A DNA stretch of 64,000 nucleotides. Origin: Thermoproteota archaeon. Its GTDB lineage: Archaea; Korarchaeota; Korarchaeia; Korarchaeales; Korarchaeaceae. Where the stretch lies: NCBI GenBank assembly GCA_027491435.1, contig JAOZFG010000017.1:12487-76486 (forward strand), in the 5' to 3' direction. Numbering within the stretch: position 1 is the stretch's first letter; each line of letters begins with the position of its first letter. The notes under the pieces were generated by a model, which saw only the letters and a program-made list of their open reading frames with translations, had not been told where the DNA came from and searched no databases. This document shows, one piece after another, positions 36,381-45,280 of the stretch. The position numbers and the translations under genes are program-made.

Positions 36381-38273
36381 ATGAGGCGGCTGACTGGCTT
36401 GGACTTACGTCACCTCGTCAGGGAACTGGTCGGTCTCCAGGGTAATATTGTTAAGAAGATTTACTCTAGTGGCGATAAGTTATTAGGTATTTCAATCTAT
36501 CCAGGAGTTACAGGGAAGAGAGACCTCATAATAGACCTCAGGGGGTACTCCTTCCTGAGCGATAGAAAGTGGAGCTGGCCGCAGGTCCCTCCTGCCATAG
36601 CCATGGGGCTTAGGAAGCACTTAGTTGGTAGGAGGATAGCGTCAATAAGGCAACCCAGGATGGAGAGAATACTTGAATTTGAATTCGGATCCAATATTAA
36701 GTTAATAGTTGAGTTGTTTGGCGGGGGAAATATCATACTTGTAAAGGATGGAAGCATAAAGTTGATAAAGGAGAGGGCCTCTTTCTCCGAAAGGGTTCTT
36801 AGGGAGGGCGTCGAGTACACCTATCCACCGTCACGATCGATTGATATTAGAGGCCCGGACGATGTGTTAGACGCTTTGAAGGAGTTTCGGGGAGAGGTGT
36901 GGAGGGCTTTAACTAACTTGTTCGGCATAGGTCCCCCTTACATAGACGAGGTATGCTCATACCTGAGAGTAGACCCCAGGAGTCCTCTAAGCGAAGTTAA
37001 CTTGGAGGAGTTGGCCCATCAGGTTTACTCTTTAATTTCAGCTGAGTCCAGGCCCACAATTTACCTGAAAGGCGGTAAAGTCGTCAACTTCTCAGTAGTT
37101 CCCTTAAGCACGCTAGAAGGGTTTGAAGTTAAGGCCGTCCCTACACTTTCAGAGGCCGTAGAGATGTACTACCTAGATAACGCTATTACCCAGATTGAAG
37201 ATAGGCGTGTGGAATCTTTAAGACACGAGATAGAGAGACAGAGATCGCTGAAGGAGGGCTACTTGAGGAAAGCTGAGGAGCTTAGGAGAAAAGGGGATCT
37301 AATCTATCAGAACATCTATTACCTAAAAGGGGTTCTAGAGGATGTGAGGAAGGGGTTAGCCCCTAAGGGAGTCGTCTCCCTGAATAAAAAGGAGCACAGA
37401 GTGGTAGTCAGCGTGAATGGTGTGAACGTTGAGATGGACTTCCTGAAGAGCCCGCAGGAAAACGCCGCTGATTACTACAACAAAGCCAAAAAGCTAGAGG
37501 AGAAAGCCTCCAAGATAGATGGAGTGGTTGAGTCCTTAAGTAAGAGAATGGAAGAGCTTGCCAGGGAAGTTGAGGAGAGAGCTGAGGCTTATAGACCTAA
37601 GAAGAGGAGGAAGAAGAGGTGGTTTGAGAGGTTCAGATGGTTCTACACAAGCTCGGGAAAGCTGGTTCTCATAGGCAGGGATCAACAGACTAACAGTGAG
37701 CTAGTATCCAGATACTTAGAGGATGAAGATCTTTTCTTTCACGTTGACATGCCTGGCGGGGCTGTGGTCATACTAAAGTCCTCGGGCGAACCTGATGAAG
37801 ACTCCATAGAGCAAGCAGCCGCTGCTGCAGGAGTTTACTCAAGGGCTTGGCGAGAGGGCCTCTCCGTCGCCGACGTTTACTATGTTACAGGTAAGCAGGT
37901 CTCCAGACACGCTCCTTCCGGCCTTTACGTGCCCAAAGGAAGCTTCTACATATCAGGAAGGAGGAATTACGTTAGAGTAAAGTTAGTCATATGCGTCGGC
38001 TTTCAAGAGGTTGAAGGGGAACTTAGGGTGACAGCCGCCCCGCCAGGAGTTCCTCTGGTAGGCAAAATATGTCTAGCACCGGGCTTTATCAGTAAGGAGG
38101 AGATCTCAAAATTTTTAGTAAAACTCCTTAATGAAAAACTCGGACGTGTGATGCATGGGTCAGCCACTGATAAGTCTAAAAGGGAGACCCAACAGATTAA
38201 TGATGGGATCATAGTAACAGTAGATGATGTGATGAGGATCCTTCCATCAGGTAGATTCAAGGTCTTGGAGTGA
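36381..38273 (+). CDS. NFACT-family protein (Rqc2/RqcH/FbpA homologue, ribosome quality control)
   Basis: NFACT-N start (L..EL..L.G..V.KIY), coiled coil, NFACT-R/DUF814 segment RWFYTSSGKLVLIGRDQQTNSELV...DLFFHVDMPGGAVVILK. ATG 36381 lies about 26 nt downstream of a TATA-like box, suggesting a leaderless mRNA. Confidence 0.8.
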   Translation: MRRLTGLDLRHLVRELVGLQGNIVKKIYSSGDKLLGISIYPGVTGKRDLIIDLRGYSFLSDRKWSWPQVPPAIAMGLRKHLVGRRIASIRQPRMERILEFEFGSNIKLIVELFGGGNIILVKDGSIKLIKERASFSERVLREGVEYTYPPSRSIDIRGPDDVLDALKEFRGEVWRALTNLFGIGPPYIDEVCSYLRVDPRSPLSEVNLEELAHQVYSLISAESRPTIYLKGGKVVNFSVVPLSTLEGFEVKAVPTLSEAVEMYYLDNAITQIEDRRVESLRHEIERQRSLKEGYLRKAEELRRKGDLIYQNIYYLKGVLEDVRKGLAPKGVVSLNKKEHRVVVSVNGVNVEMDFLKSPQENAADYYNKAKKLEEKASKIDGVVESLSKRMEELAREVEERAEAYRPKKRRKKRWFERFRWFYTSSGKLVLIGRDQQTNSELVSRYLEDEDLFFHVDMPGGAVVILKSSGEPDEDSIEQAAAAAGVYSRAWREGLSVADVYYVTGKQVSRHAPSGLYVPKGSFYISGRRNYVRVKLVICVGFQEVEGELRVTAAPPGVPLVGKICLAPGFISKEEISKFLVKLLNEKLGRVMHGSATDKSKRETQQINDGIIVTVDDVMRILPSGRFKVLE

Positions 38274-38279
38274 TAAAAT

Positions 38280-38771
38280 ATGTGGGCCCTGATACCCCCT
38301 GATGAGGATGAGGAGGCGAGGGTTAGGCTTACAGTATCAGATATAATGAACAGGAACATAGTTTACGTGGAGCCAGAGGACAGCGTGTACAAAGCTGCAA
38401 AGCTAATGAAGGAGCATGGCATCGGTTCCGTTGTGGTCCTCAAGAGCGGAGAGTTAAAGGGATTAGTCACTGAGAGGGACCTCATAACAAGGTACATAGC
38501 TAAGGGCGATGGGAGGAGGCCTGAAGACGTTAAGGTAAGTGAGGTCATGACGTCTAACCCGGTAGTAGTTAAGGAAAACACGGAGGTGGACGAAGCCGCC
38601 AGGCTTATGGTGGAGAAGAATATAAGGCGTCTCCTCGTGGTTAACTCATCTGGAAAGCTTGTAGGAATAGTATCAAGTCGGGACATAATCAGAATAGCTC
38701 CTCACATATGGTTTATCCTATCGGAGAAGCTTAGGATGGCCAGGTCCAAGAGGGGGTGGAGCCTTATCTAA
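38280..38771 (+). CDS. CBS-domain protein (one CBS pair)
   Basis: Two CBS repeats (V..IM......V........A..LM.....G...V). Confidence 0.8.
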   Translation: MWALIPPDEDEEARVRLTVSDIMNRNIVYVEPEDSVYKAAKLMKEHGIGSVVVLKSGELKGLVTERDLITRYIAKGDGRRPEDVKVSEVMTSNPVVVKENTEVDEAARLMVEKNIRRLLVVNSSGKLVGIVSSRDIIRIAPHIWFILSEKLRMARSKRGWSLI

Positions 38772-38787
38772 CCCCCACGATCCCCCT

Positions 38788-39633
38788 GTGGAGGGTGGTG
38801 TCTTGAGGAAGGTTAGGGATTACATGAGTAGGAATGTCGTTTTTGTCAGGCCTACAGACACCTTGGGAAAGGCCAGGAATTTAATGTTAGAAAACAGGAT
38901 AAGGCGTCTCGTGGTGGTCGATAACGGGAAGGTTGTGGGGATAATCACTGCCTTTGACATAGCTAAAGCCCTCTCTAGGAGGGGAGCCCCCTGGAGGTGG
39001 AGGAACCCAGAGAGCTCCCTGGTGGAGAGGTTTATGGCCCCAAACCCCGTGACGATAGAGCCTGAGTCCAGCGTGTTCTCTGCTGCCGAGCTAATGCATG
39101 AACGCAGAGTAGGAGGACTACCTGTTGTGGATAACGGCACCCTGGAGGGCATTATAACTGAGACCGACGTGACTCGGTTCTACGCTGAAAACTTGCACGG
39201 CAGGTTTAGGGTTAGGGAGCTCATGGACGAGGACTACGTTACGGTCACGCCCAACGCTAACCTGAAAAGGGTAGCTAAGCTGATAACCAAGGACAGGAAA
39301 GGTCATGTCTTGGTGGTAGACAGCTCAGGAAGGCTTCTGGGAATAGTGACTGAGGGAGATCTAGCGTTGTGGGAACCTTCGCTAGCTAGGAAGTACGTGC
39401 TTATCCCCTCCAAGACTGGAAGGATGTCCAAGGACTTGAGGGCAAAGACGGTGGAGCAGATAATGAGAAGGGTTGACGTGACTCTATCCACGGAAGATGA
39501 CGCCAGTAAGGCGGCTAGAATGCTCATAGAGTGGGGATTAAACGTCTTTCCAGTTGTAAACAGTTCTGGGAAGATAGTGGGCGTTATAGATAAGAAGACT
39601 ATAGTGAGGGGTGTCGTGAATGCGTCTAACTGA
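38788..39633 (+). CDS. CBS-domain protein (four CBS repeats)
   Basis: Four CBS repeats. Non-ATG start in the track. Confidence 0.8.
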   Translation: MEGGVLRKVRDYMSRNVVFVRPTDTLGKARNLMLENRIRRLVVVDNGKVVGIITAFDIAKALSRRGAPWRWRNPESSLVERFMAPNPVTIEPESSVFSAAELMHERRVGGLPVVDNGTLEGIITETDVTRFYAENLHGRFRVRELMDEDYVTVTPNANLKRVAKLITKDRKGHVLVVDSSGRLLGIVTEGDLALWEPSLARKYVLIPSKTGRMSKDLRAKTVEQIMRRVDVTLSTEDDASKAARMLIEWGLNVFPVVNSSGKIVGVIDKKTIVRGVVNASN

Positions 39634-40411
39634 TCCCGTATCATCTGTGATGAGGAGCCCTGTTATAACCATTGATAAGGGATCTGAGGTGGGAGAGGCC
39701 CTAGAGCTCATGGAGAGAGAGGGGATAAATCACCTGGTGGTAACCTCAGGCGACAGGGTAGTGGGGGTCGTAAGCGTTAGGGATATAATGGAGGGCCTTG
39801 GATCTTCCAGATTTGGCAAGATACCGGCTAGAAGGATTTACGTGAGCTCCGTGATGACTGAACCGCCGATCACTATAGAGGTGAACAACAGCATAAGGGA
39901 GGCGATAGAGACCATGTTAAGCAAGGGTATTAGCTCCCTACCAGTGATAGATGACGGTCAGCTGGCAGGCATAGTCACCGAAACTGACCTGATAAGGTAC
40001 ATGGACAGGGATGATGATATATCAGGCCTTGTAAAGGCAGACCATCCTAAGGTGATGCCCACTGACAGGATAGTGCATGCCAGAAACATAATGTTGGAGA
40101 GGGGTGCTAGAATCCTGCCAGTGGTTGATCAGGGTAAACTGGTGGGGCTTGTGACTGAAATTTCATTAGCCAAGGCGTTTTATGATATAAGAGAGGAGAT
40201 AGACCCAACTTATATGGATAACGTGGCCAGAAGGGTTCTTGTCGAGGACATAATGGTTGAGGCTCCTAAGAAGGCTGTAAAGGGACAAAGGCTTAAGGCT
40301 GTGAGGGACCTGTTCGTGAAAACGGGACTTCCAGCTATACCAGTGGTCGGCGAAGACAACTCGGTGGTTGGGGTGATAAGCAGGAAGAGCCTCCTCAGGC
40401 TCCTGTTATAG
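39620..40411 (+). CDS. CBS-domain protein (four CBS repeats)
   Basis: Four CBS repeats. Overlaps the previous gene by 14 nt. Confidence 0.8.
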   Translation: MRLTDPVSSVMRSPVITIDKGSEVGEALELMEREGINHLVVTSGDRVVGVVSVRDIMEGLGSSRFGKIPARRIYVSSVMTEPPITIEVNNSIREAIETMLSKGISSLPVIDDGQLAGIVTETDLIRYMDRDDDISGLVKADHPKVMPTDRIVHARNIMLERGARILPVVDQGKLVGLVTEISLAKAFYDIREEIDPTYMDNVARRVLVEDIMVEAPKKAVKGQRLKAVRDLFVKTGLPAIPVVGEDNSVVGVISRKSLLRLLL

Positions 40412-41234
40412 GGTCCAGCAGCATGCCCAGAAGGCCTAAGAACATCGCCAATTTCAGCATAGAGCTCACATTCCTCGCATTTTCTACCCTCAGCTCCGCC
40501 CCCTTAATTGCGACTTTTATCAGAATAAGTGAGGAGAGTACCACAGAGAGTATTGCGTAAGTCATGCCGACCATGCCCATTGCCAGGGGGATTGCTGATA
40601 GAAATGCTGAAGCTACCGCCAGCAGGGCCACAACCCGCCCTGACCTCTTAAAGCCGTACCTTACTGCGAAGGTCTTAAGGCCATAGGCCTTATCTCCCTC
40701 TATATCTTCTACAGTTTTCACTATCTCTCTGGCCAAGTTTGAAGTGAAGGCCACCGAGGAGAAGAGGACTACCTTGAGGTTTAACTCTCCAGCGGCCAAG
40801 GAGCCGAATATTAAGGTGAAGGCTACTCCCAAGCTCACCAGCACGTTACCAGGCAATCCGGTTCCCTTCAGCTTCCAGGCGTAAATGTACCAGGCTATTG
40901 AGAAGAGCGCCGCTATGACCACCTCCTCCAGGCCAAGAGTAACAGAGGTTAATACTCCTGCGATAGAGAATATCACGTATACTAGCTTAGCTTCCTCTAA
41001 GGACATTTGCCCTGAGGGTATTGGCCTGTCCGGTTTGTTAATTTTATCTATGGGAGCGTCGAAGTAGTCGTTTATCGCGTTGCCTCCCATCAGCACAAGG
41101 GGAGGAACCGCTGCAGCTAATAAGAGGCGCCAGTTTAATTCTGTAGTTACAGCAAGCCAACCAACAATTACGCCTATAGCAGACATTATAGCGTTCTTAG
41201 GCCTTAAGAGTCTCAGCAAACCCTTCAGAGTCAT
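40395..41234 (-). CDS. UbiA-family prenyltransferase, probably digeranylgeranylglyceryl phosphate synthase
   Basis: Asp-rich motif NAINDYFDAPIDKINKPDRPIPSG and a second motif EDIEGD. Eight to nine TM segments. Confidence 0.8.
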   Translation of the reverse strand: MTLKGLLRLLRPKNAIMSAIGVIVGWLAVTTELNWRLLLAAAVPPLVLMGGNAINDYFDAPIDKINKPDRPIPSGQMSLEEAKLVYVIFSIAGVLTSVTLGLEEVVIAALFSIAWYIYAWKLKGTGLPGNVLVSLGVAFTLIFGSLAAGELNLKVVLFSSVAFTSNLAREIVKTVEDIEGDKAYGLKTFAVRYGFKRSGRVVALLAVASAFLSAIPLAMGMVGMTYAILSVVLSSLILIKVAIKGAELRVENARNVSSMLKLAMFLGLLGMLLDPITGA

Positions 41235-41295
41235 TTTCCAATAGAACGTTGAGAACTTATTTTTATAATAACCATTAGTTTCGAGGTGTCCTCAG

Positions 41296-42237
41296 TTGGT
41301 AGTCAGGGTAGGAGTTATAGGTTGTGGTTGGTTCGGGTCAGCGCACGCTAGGGTCTACAGGCAGATAGGCGAAGCTGAACTAGTAGCCGTAATGGATAAG
41401 GATCCTGTAGCCGCTAGGAGGTTGGGTGAGCTTTACCACATAAATTATTACACGTCCATAGAGGAGATGTTCCGTAAGGAGGAGCTAGACGCTGTTAGCG
41501 TGGTGGTTACTCCACAGAAACTGTTCGAAACTTCTATGAAGGTTATAGAGCATGGAGCCTCTCTGCTAGTTGAGAAGCCGGTAGTCGTCAGCAGGGATGA
41601 GCTATCTAAGTTCGTGAACGCTGTGAAGAGGAGTGACGTGATATTCATGCCGGGCTTTATTGAACTCTTTAACCTAGCGGTTGTTAAGGCTAAGGAGCTG
41701 ATGGATAGGGGTGAGATTGGCGAGATACTGGCCTTGTGGTCCAGGAGGGTAGGGAGAACTCCTAAGAAAAAGCTAGGATGGAAGATAGGCGTCTCTCTTG
41801 ACTTAGCGGTGCATGAAGTCTACGTTTACAACAGATTAATGGGGGGTAGGCCGAACCACATCGCCTCCTTCACCGCCAAGGTGTTAAACGAGGGAGGTGA
41901 GGGCGAAGACTTGGCCATCTTCATAATGGAATACGGAAGAGTTGTGGGCAGCATAGAGACCAACTGGTTAACCCCCGTGGGCATAAGAGAGCTCCTAATA
42001 TCTGGAGAGACAGGTACCTTGATAGTTAACTACGTGAATCAGGCTGTTGAGGTGAACAAGGGTGACGTAAGCGTGATCCCTAAGTACAGGAAAAAGGAGA
42101 CTCTCTTGAGCGAATTAGAGTATTTCGTGACTCACGTTAAGATGGGTGAGAGACCAGATATAGGCATAGAGATGACTAAGGAGGTTTTAGGAACGTTATT
42201 TGACGGATTGGAGAGCAGCATACCGCTGGGGAAATAA
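41296..42237 (+). CDS. Gfo/Idh/MocA-family NAD(P)-dependent oxidoreductase
   Basis: Rossmann start VGVIGCGWFG..HA and an EKP motif (LLVEKPV). Non-ATG start. Confidence 0.75.
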   Translation: MVVRVGVIGCGWFGSAHARVYRQIGEAELVAVMDKDPVAARRLGELYHINYYTSIEEMFRKEELDAVSVVVTPQKLFETSMKVIEHGASLLVEKPVVVSRDELSKFVNAVKRSDVIFMPGFIELFNLAVVKAKELMDRGEIGEILALWSRRVGRTPKKKLGWKIGVSLDLAVHEVYVYNRLMGGRPNHIASFTAKVLNEGGEGEDLAIFIMEYGRVVGSIETNWLTPVGIRELLISGETGTLIVNYVNQAVEVNKGDVSVIPKYRKKETLLSELEYFVTHVKMGERPDIGIEMTKEVLGTLFDGLESSIPLGK

Positions 42238-42238
42238 C

Positions 42239-43294
42239 ATGAGGGGGGTCTTAGTAGGTAAGTACGTGTACGTGGAGGAGAAGGTGGATAAGCTCTATAA
42301 GCAGGGGTTCGGAGAGCTATCTGGAGGTAAATTAGAGCTCCACGTAGCTGAAGCTACTTACTTAGCTCATACAGGCAGGTTGAAGGTGTATGAAGGCGAC
42401 AGGGAGTTGGGTGTATCGGACCTCCTGTTGATGCTTGAGGGAGACCAGTTCGTCAAGTACGTGGCTTATTCAGATCTCCGTAGGAAGGGAAGGGTTGTCG
42501 TTTACGAGAGGGCCACTGAGTTCCTCAGGTTGTACCCAAAGGGGAGGAGGGTTGGAGATGCACCCGCCAAGGAGCTAGTCTTTCCTCTATCAGAGGACAG
42601 CCTAGTTAAGCATAAGCTCATACTTGACGTCGTGGAGAAGGTGGCTAGGTTGAGGAAGAGGCTTGTGCTGGCTGTGGTTGATGATGAGATGAACGTCACC
42701 TACTACACGGCTGAGAACTTCATGCCGGAGAAGAGGGAGCCTAGCTGGAGAGTCCCGGAAGGCGAGTTTCGAGGTTACCTTGTGGGAGATAGAGTCTTAG
42801 TGGTGGATGGCGGGTCTCTATACAAAGAGGGCTTCTGGGGCCATCCCCTGGGAGTTGAAAAGCCAAGGCCCGGGGAGTTGTATGATGCTCCTTTGCAGCT
42901 CACCCTGATAGAGGCTATTTACCTCATCAGGAAGGGGGCTTTGACTGTTTACTCCGGAAAAAAGGTTATGACCGCTGAGGAACTCGGTAAACTGCATGAG
43001 AAGATAAGGGAGAGGGGCAAGGTTAAGGAGAGGGTCTTCGCCTACTGGAGGGACTTGGGTTACGTACCAAAGGCAGGATCTAAGTTCGGGGCGGACTTCT
43101 TAGTTTACGAGAAGGGACCCGGGCTAGAACACGCCCCTTACCTGTGCATCTCTGGGGGTGTAGAAGAGGAAGTCAGGCCAGTGGACCTAATAAGGGCGGG
43201 AAGGCTAGCCACGTCCGTCAGGAAGGACTTGGTAGTGTCTTTGATTTCAGGTAACAGGGTCATCAGTTACAGGATTAAGTGGTTCAAACCCTGA
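42239..43294 (+). CDS. endA: tRNA-splicing endonuclease, long form with two tandem endonuclease repeats
   Basis: C-terminal catalytic repeat with GADFLVYEKGPG..HAPYL and SVRKDLV. The N-terminal repeat is degenerate. 351 aa from ATG 42239. Confidence 0.85.
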   Translation: MRGVLVGKYVYVEEKVDKLYKQGFGELSGGKLELHVAEATYLAHTGRLKVYEGDRELGVSDLLLMLEGDQFVKYVAYSDLRRKGRVVVYERATEFLRLYPKGRRVGDAPAKELVFPLSEDSLVKHKLILDVVEKVARLRKRLVLAVVDDEMNVTYYTAENFMPEKREPSWRVPEGEFRGYLVGDRVLVVDGGSLYKEGFWGHPLGVEKPRPGELYDAPLQLTLIEAIYLIRKGALTVYSGKKVMTAEELGKLHEKIRERGKVKERVFAYWRDLGYVPKAGSKFGADFLVYEKGPGLEHAPYLCISGGVEEEVRPVDLIRAGRLATSVRKDLVVSLISGNRVISYRIKWFKP

Positions 43295-43711
43295 TAGCGT
43301 CTTCTGCTTCCCTATTGCTATGGAGGCGAAAGTCCTCGCATCTATCCCCTTACTTTTCGCCGTTTCGAGGTCGACTATAGCGCCAGCATTAGTTATTCTA
43401 GCATCTTCCAGTTTTACCATGAAGAACTTACCCCTCTCCTTAGAGAACTTGATAGCTATCCAGCTCTCAGCTCCCATCATGGCTGATAACTTCTGTAGGG
43501 AGTCAACCTCTTCCTTCCTTATGTAAACGTAATCCTTAGAGGTCGTCTTAACCTCTATCACGAATATCCTGCCGTCAACGGCTGCTATCAGGTCTGTTGA
43601 TGGGTGGCTTGTGGAACCGCTTCCCGCCACCCTTAGGGTGGCCAGCCCGCCCCTCCAGAAGAGGTCCATTAGCTCCCTTTCGGCCCTTATGCCTTTGGCC
43701 TTCCTCCTCAT
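43247..43711 (-). CDS. hjc: Holliday junction resolvase Hjc
   Basis: Segments KGIRAEREL...L...G....R.AGSGS and DLIA.....I.VIEVKTT (nuclease E-x-K core). Confidence 0.85.
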   Translation of the reverse strand: MRRKAKGIRAERELMDLFWRGGLATLRVAGSGSTSHPSTDLIAAVDGRIFVIEVKTTSKDYVYIRKEEVDSLQKLSAMMGAESWIAIKFSKERGKFFMVKLEDARITNAGAIVDLETAKSKGIDARTFASIAIGKQKTLSGFEPLNPVTDDPVT

Positions 43712-43712
43712 T

Positions 43713-44612
43713 TCATTCGCCCGTCAAGCGAATGGCGCCTTCCGAGGTCACTAGTACAGTGTCCTCGTATTGAGCCACCACTTTACCGGAGTGTTCCACC
43801 AGGGGAGGGTAAGCTATAAGAGCCCCCCTCCTTACTAGCCTGAGCAGGGCGTAATTAACCCTGTGTCCTAGCTCACTCACCAGCCACCTTTCACAAAACG
43901 GAAGCTTTGAGAACTTGTTTATTGCTAGCTTTTGAATCTTCCTTTCAATCTCATCCCTAGTACCTACCTTCTTCCTGATGGAGAAGATGTACGGCTCCCC
44001 TTGCTGTACCACCTCACCCCTAGCATTTGGAAGCGTTGCGAACGGCTCTATAGCAAAAACATCCCCTTCTTTAAACTTGTAGACTCCTCTGACAGGGACG
44101 TTAGGTATATCTACACCTGCATGAAGCTTGAAAGGCTCTATCTTGTGCCCTGACAGGTTTCTTATCGGCTTGAAGCCCGCTGATACTATGGTATCGTAGA
44201 TAACCTCGCTGACATCCCTCACCCTAACCCCAGGCTTAATAACGCTTATCGCCTTATCCAAGGCATCCCTAACGACCTCGGATAGCTCAACTAAGTTGTC
44301 ATCCAGAACAGCCGGCCTCGCCATGTCCACGATTAACCCTCCTGAGTGGGCCCCAGCGTCCAGCTTAATTATCCCGGGTATTATTCTGAGGTCGTCTTCT
44401 GGAGGAGAGGTGTAGTGGGCGGCCGTCTCGTTAATTGACAGGTTCGTTGGAAAGGCTGGTTTGAATCCAGCCTCAACTATCCTCCGTTCCACCTCTTCAA
44501 CTATGGAGATTACTAGATCGCCCTCTTGTATTCTGGAGGCCACGTCTTTAACGATGTAACTTACCACTTCCCCCAGCTTAAGGTAATTATTCAGGGCGTC
44601 TTCATCTAACAT
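43713..44612 (-). CDS. map: Methionine aminopeptidase, type 2
   Basis: Pita-bread fold motifs (FPTN.S.NE.AAHY, D.G.H..G...D.A, FAIEPF, Q.E.T.LVT). 299 aa. Confidence 0.9.
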   Translation of the reverse strand: MLDEDALNNYLKLGEVVSYIVKDVASRIQEGDLVISIVEEVERRIVEAGFKPAFPTNLSINETAAHYTSPPEDDLRIIPGIIKLDAGAHSGGLIVDMARPAVLDDNLVELSEVVRDALDKAISVIKPGVRVRDVSEVIYDTIVSAGFKPIRNLSGHKIEPFKLHAGVDIPNVPVRGVYKFKEGDVFAIEPFATLPNARGEVVQQGEPYIFSIRKKVGTRDEIERKIQKLAINKFSKLPFCERWLVSELGHRVNYALLRLVRRGALIAYPPLVEHSGKVVAQYEDTVLVTSEGAIRLTGE

Positions 44613-44629
44613 ACGGTGTGTGAATCCTG

Positions 44630-45280
44630 GTGGAATTTAAAGAGGTTGTGGGGAGCGAAATGCTGTGGGTAAAGGTACATGAACGCTGTGAAAGATGTTA
44701 CGAATTGGCTATCAACGTTTTAGAGAAAGGAGGTCTCATAATATATCCCACTGACACGGCTTACGGTTTAGGAGCCGATATAAGACAGGAGGACGCCGTG
44801 CTTAAGGTTTATAGGGTGAAGAGGCGCCCTTTAAGTAAACCCCTGACCATAGCTTTGGCCAGCGTTGAAATGATACCTGAGTACGCGGAGGTGGATGAGA
44901 GGCTCCTCAAGTTCATTTCCAGATTTCTCCCTGGCAGGGTCACTTTCATATTGAGGAAGAAGGGCTCTGTTCCTGACCTAGTTAACCCCAAGGCAATAGG
45001 GATCAGGGTTCCAGACAATGAAGTGGCGCTAGAGCTTATAAGGAGGTTTGGAAGAGCCATCACAGCTACTAGCGCTAACTTGAGTGGAAGGCCCCCTAAG
45101 TATAGGGTCAGCGACGTGGTGAAGGAGATAAGGGTAGATCTAGCCCTAGATATTGGTGATCTAGGGAGGACGGAGCCCTCCACCATAGTCGAGCTTATTA
45201 CTGGGAAGCCCAAGTTAATCAGAGAGGGGCCTGTGCCCTTTCAGGAGATAGTGAGGGCCTACAGGGAGGAGTTCTCTTGA
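44630..45280 (+). CDS. L-threonylcarbamoyladenylate synthase (Sua5/YrdC/TsaC family, YrdC domain only)
   Basis: Motifs YPTDTAYGLGAD, KGR....P, TSAN.SG. The start could be 44630 (GTG) or 44660 (ATG). Confidence 0.85.
   Translation: MEFKEVVGSEMLWVKVHERCERCYELAINVLEKGGLIIYPTDTAYGLGADIRQEDAVLKVYRVKRRPLSKPLTIALASVEMIPEYAEVDERLLKFISRFLPGRVTFILRKKGSVPDLVNPKAIGIRVPDNEVALELIRRFGRAITATSANLSGRPPKYRVSDVVKEIRVDLALDIGDLGRTEPSTIVELITGKPKLIREGPVPFQEIVRAYREEFS

Noticed and set aside
38229-38292. A possible C/D-box sRNA (GTGATGA ... CTGA) spanning the NFACT stop and the first CBS start.
   Set aside because: There is no terminal stem, D' is CAGG, the internal loop is 19 nt, and the whole element is coding or start-region sequence. 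It is most likely chance.
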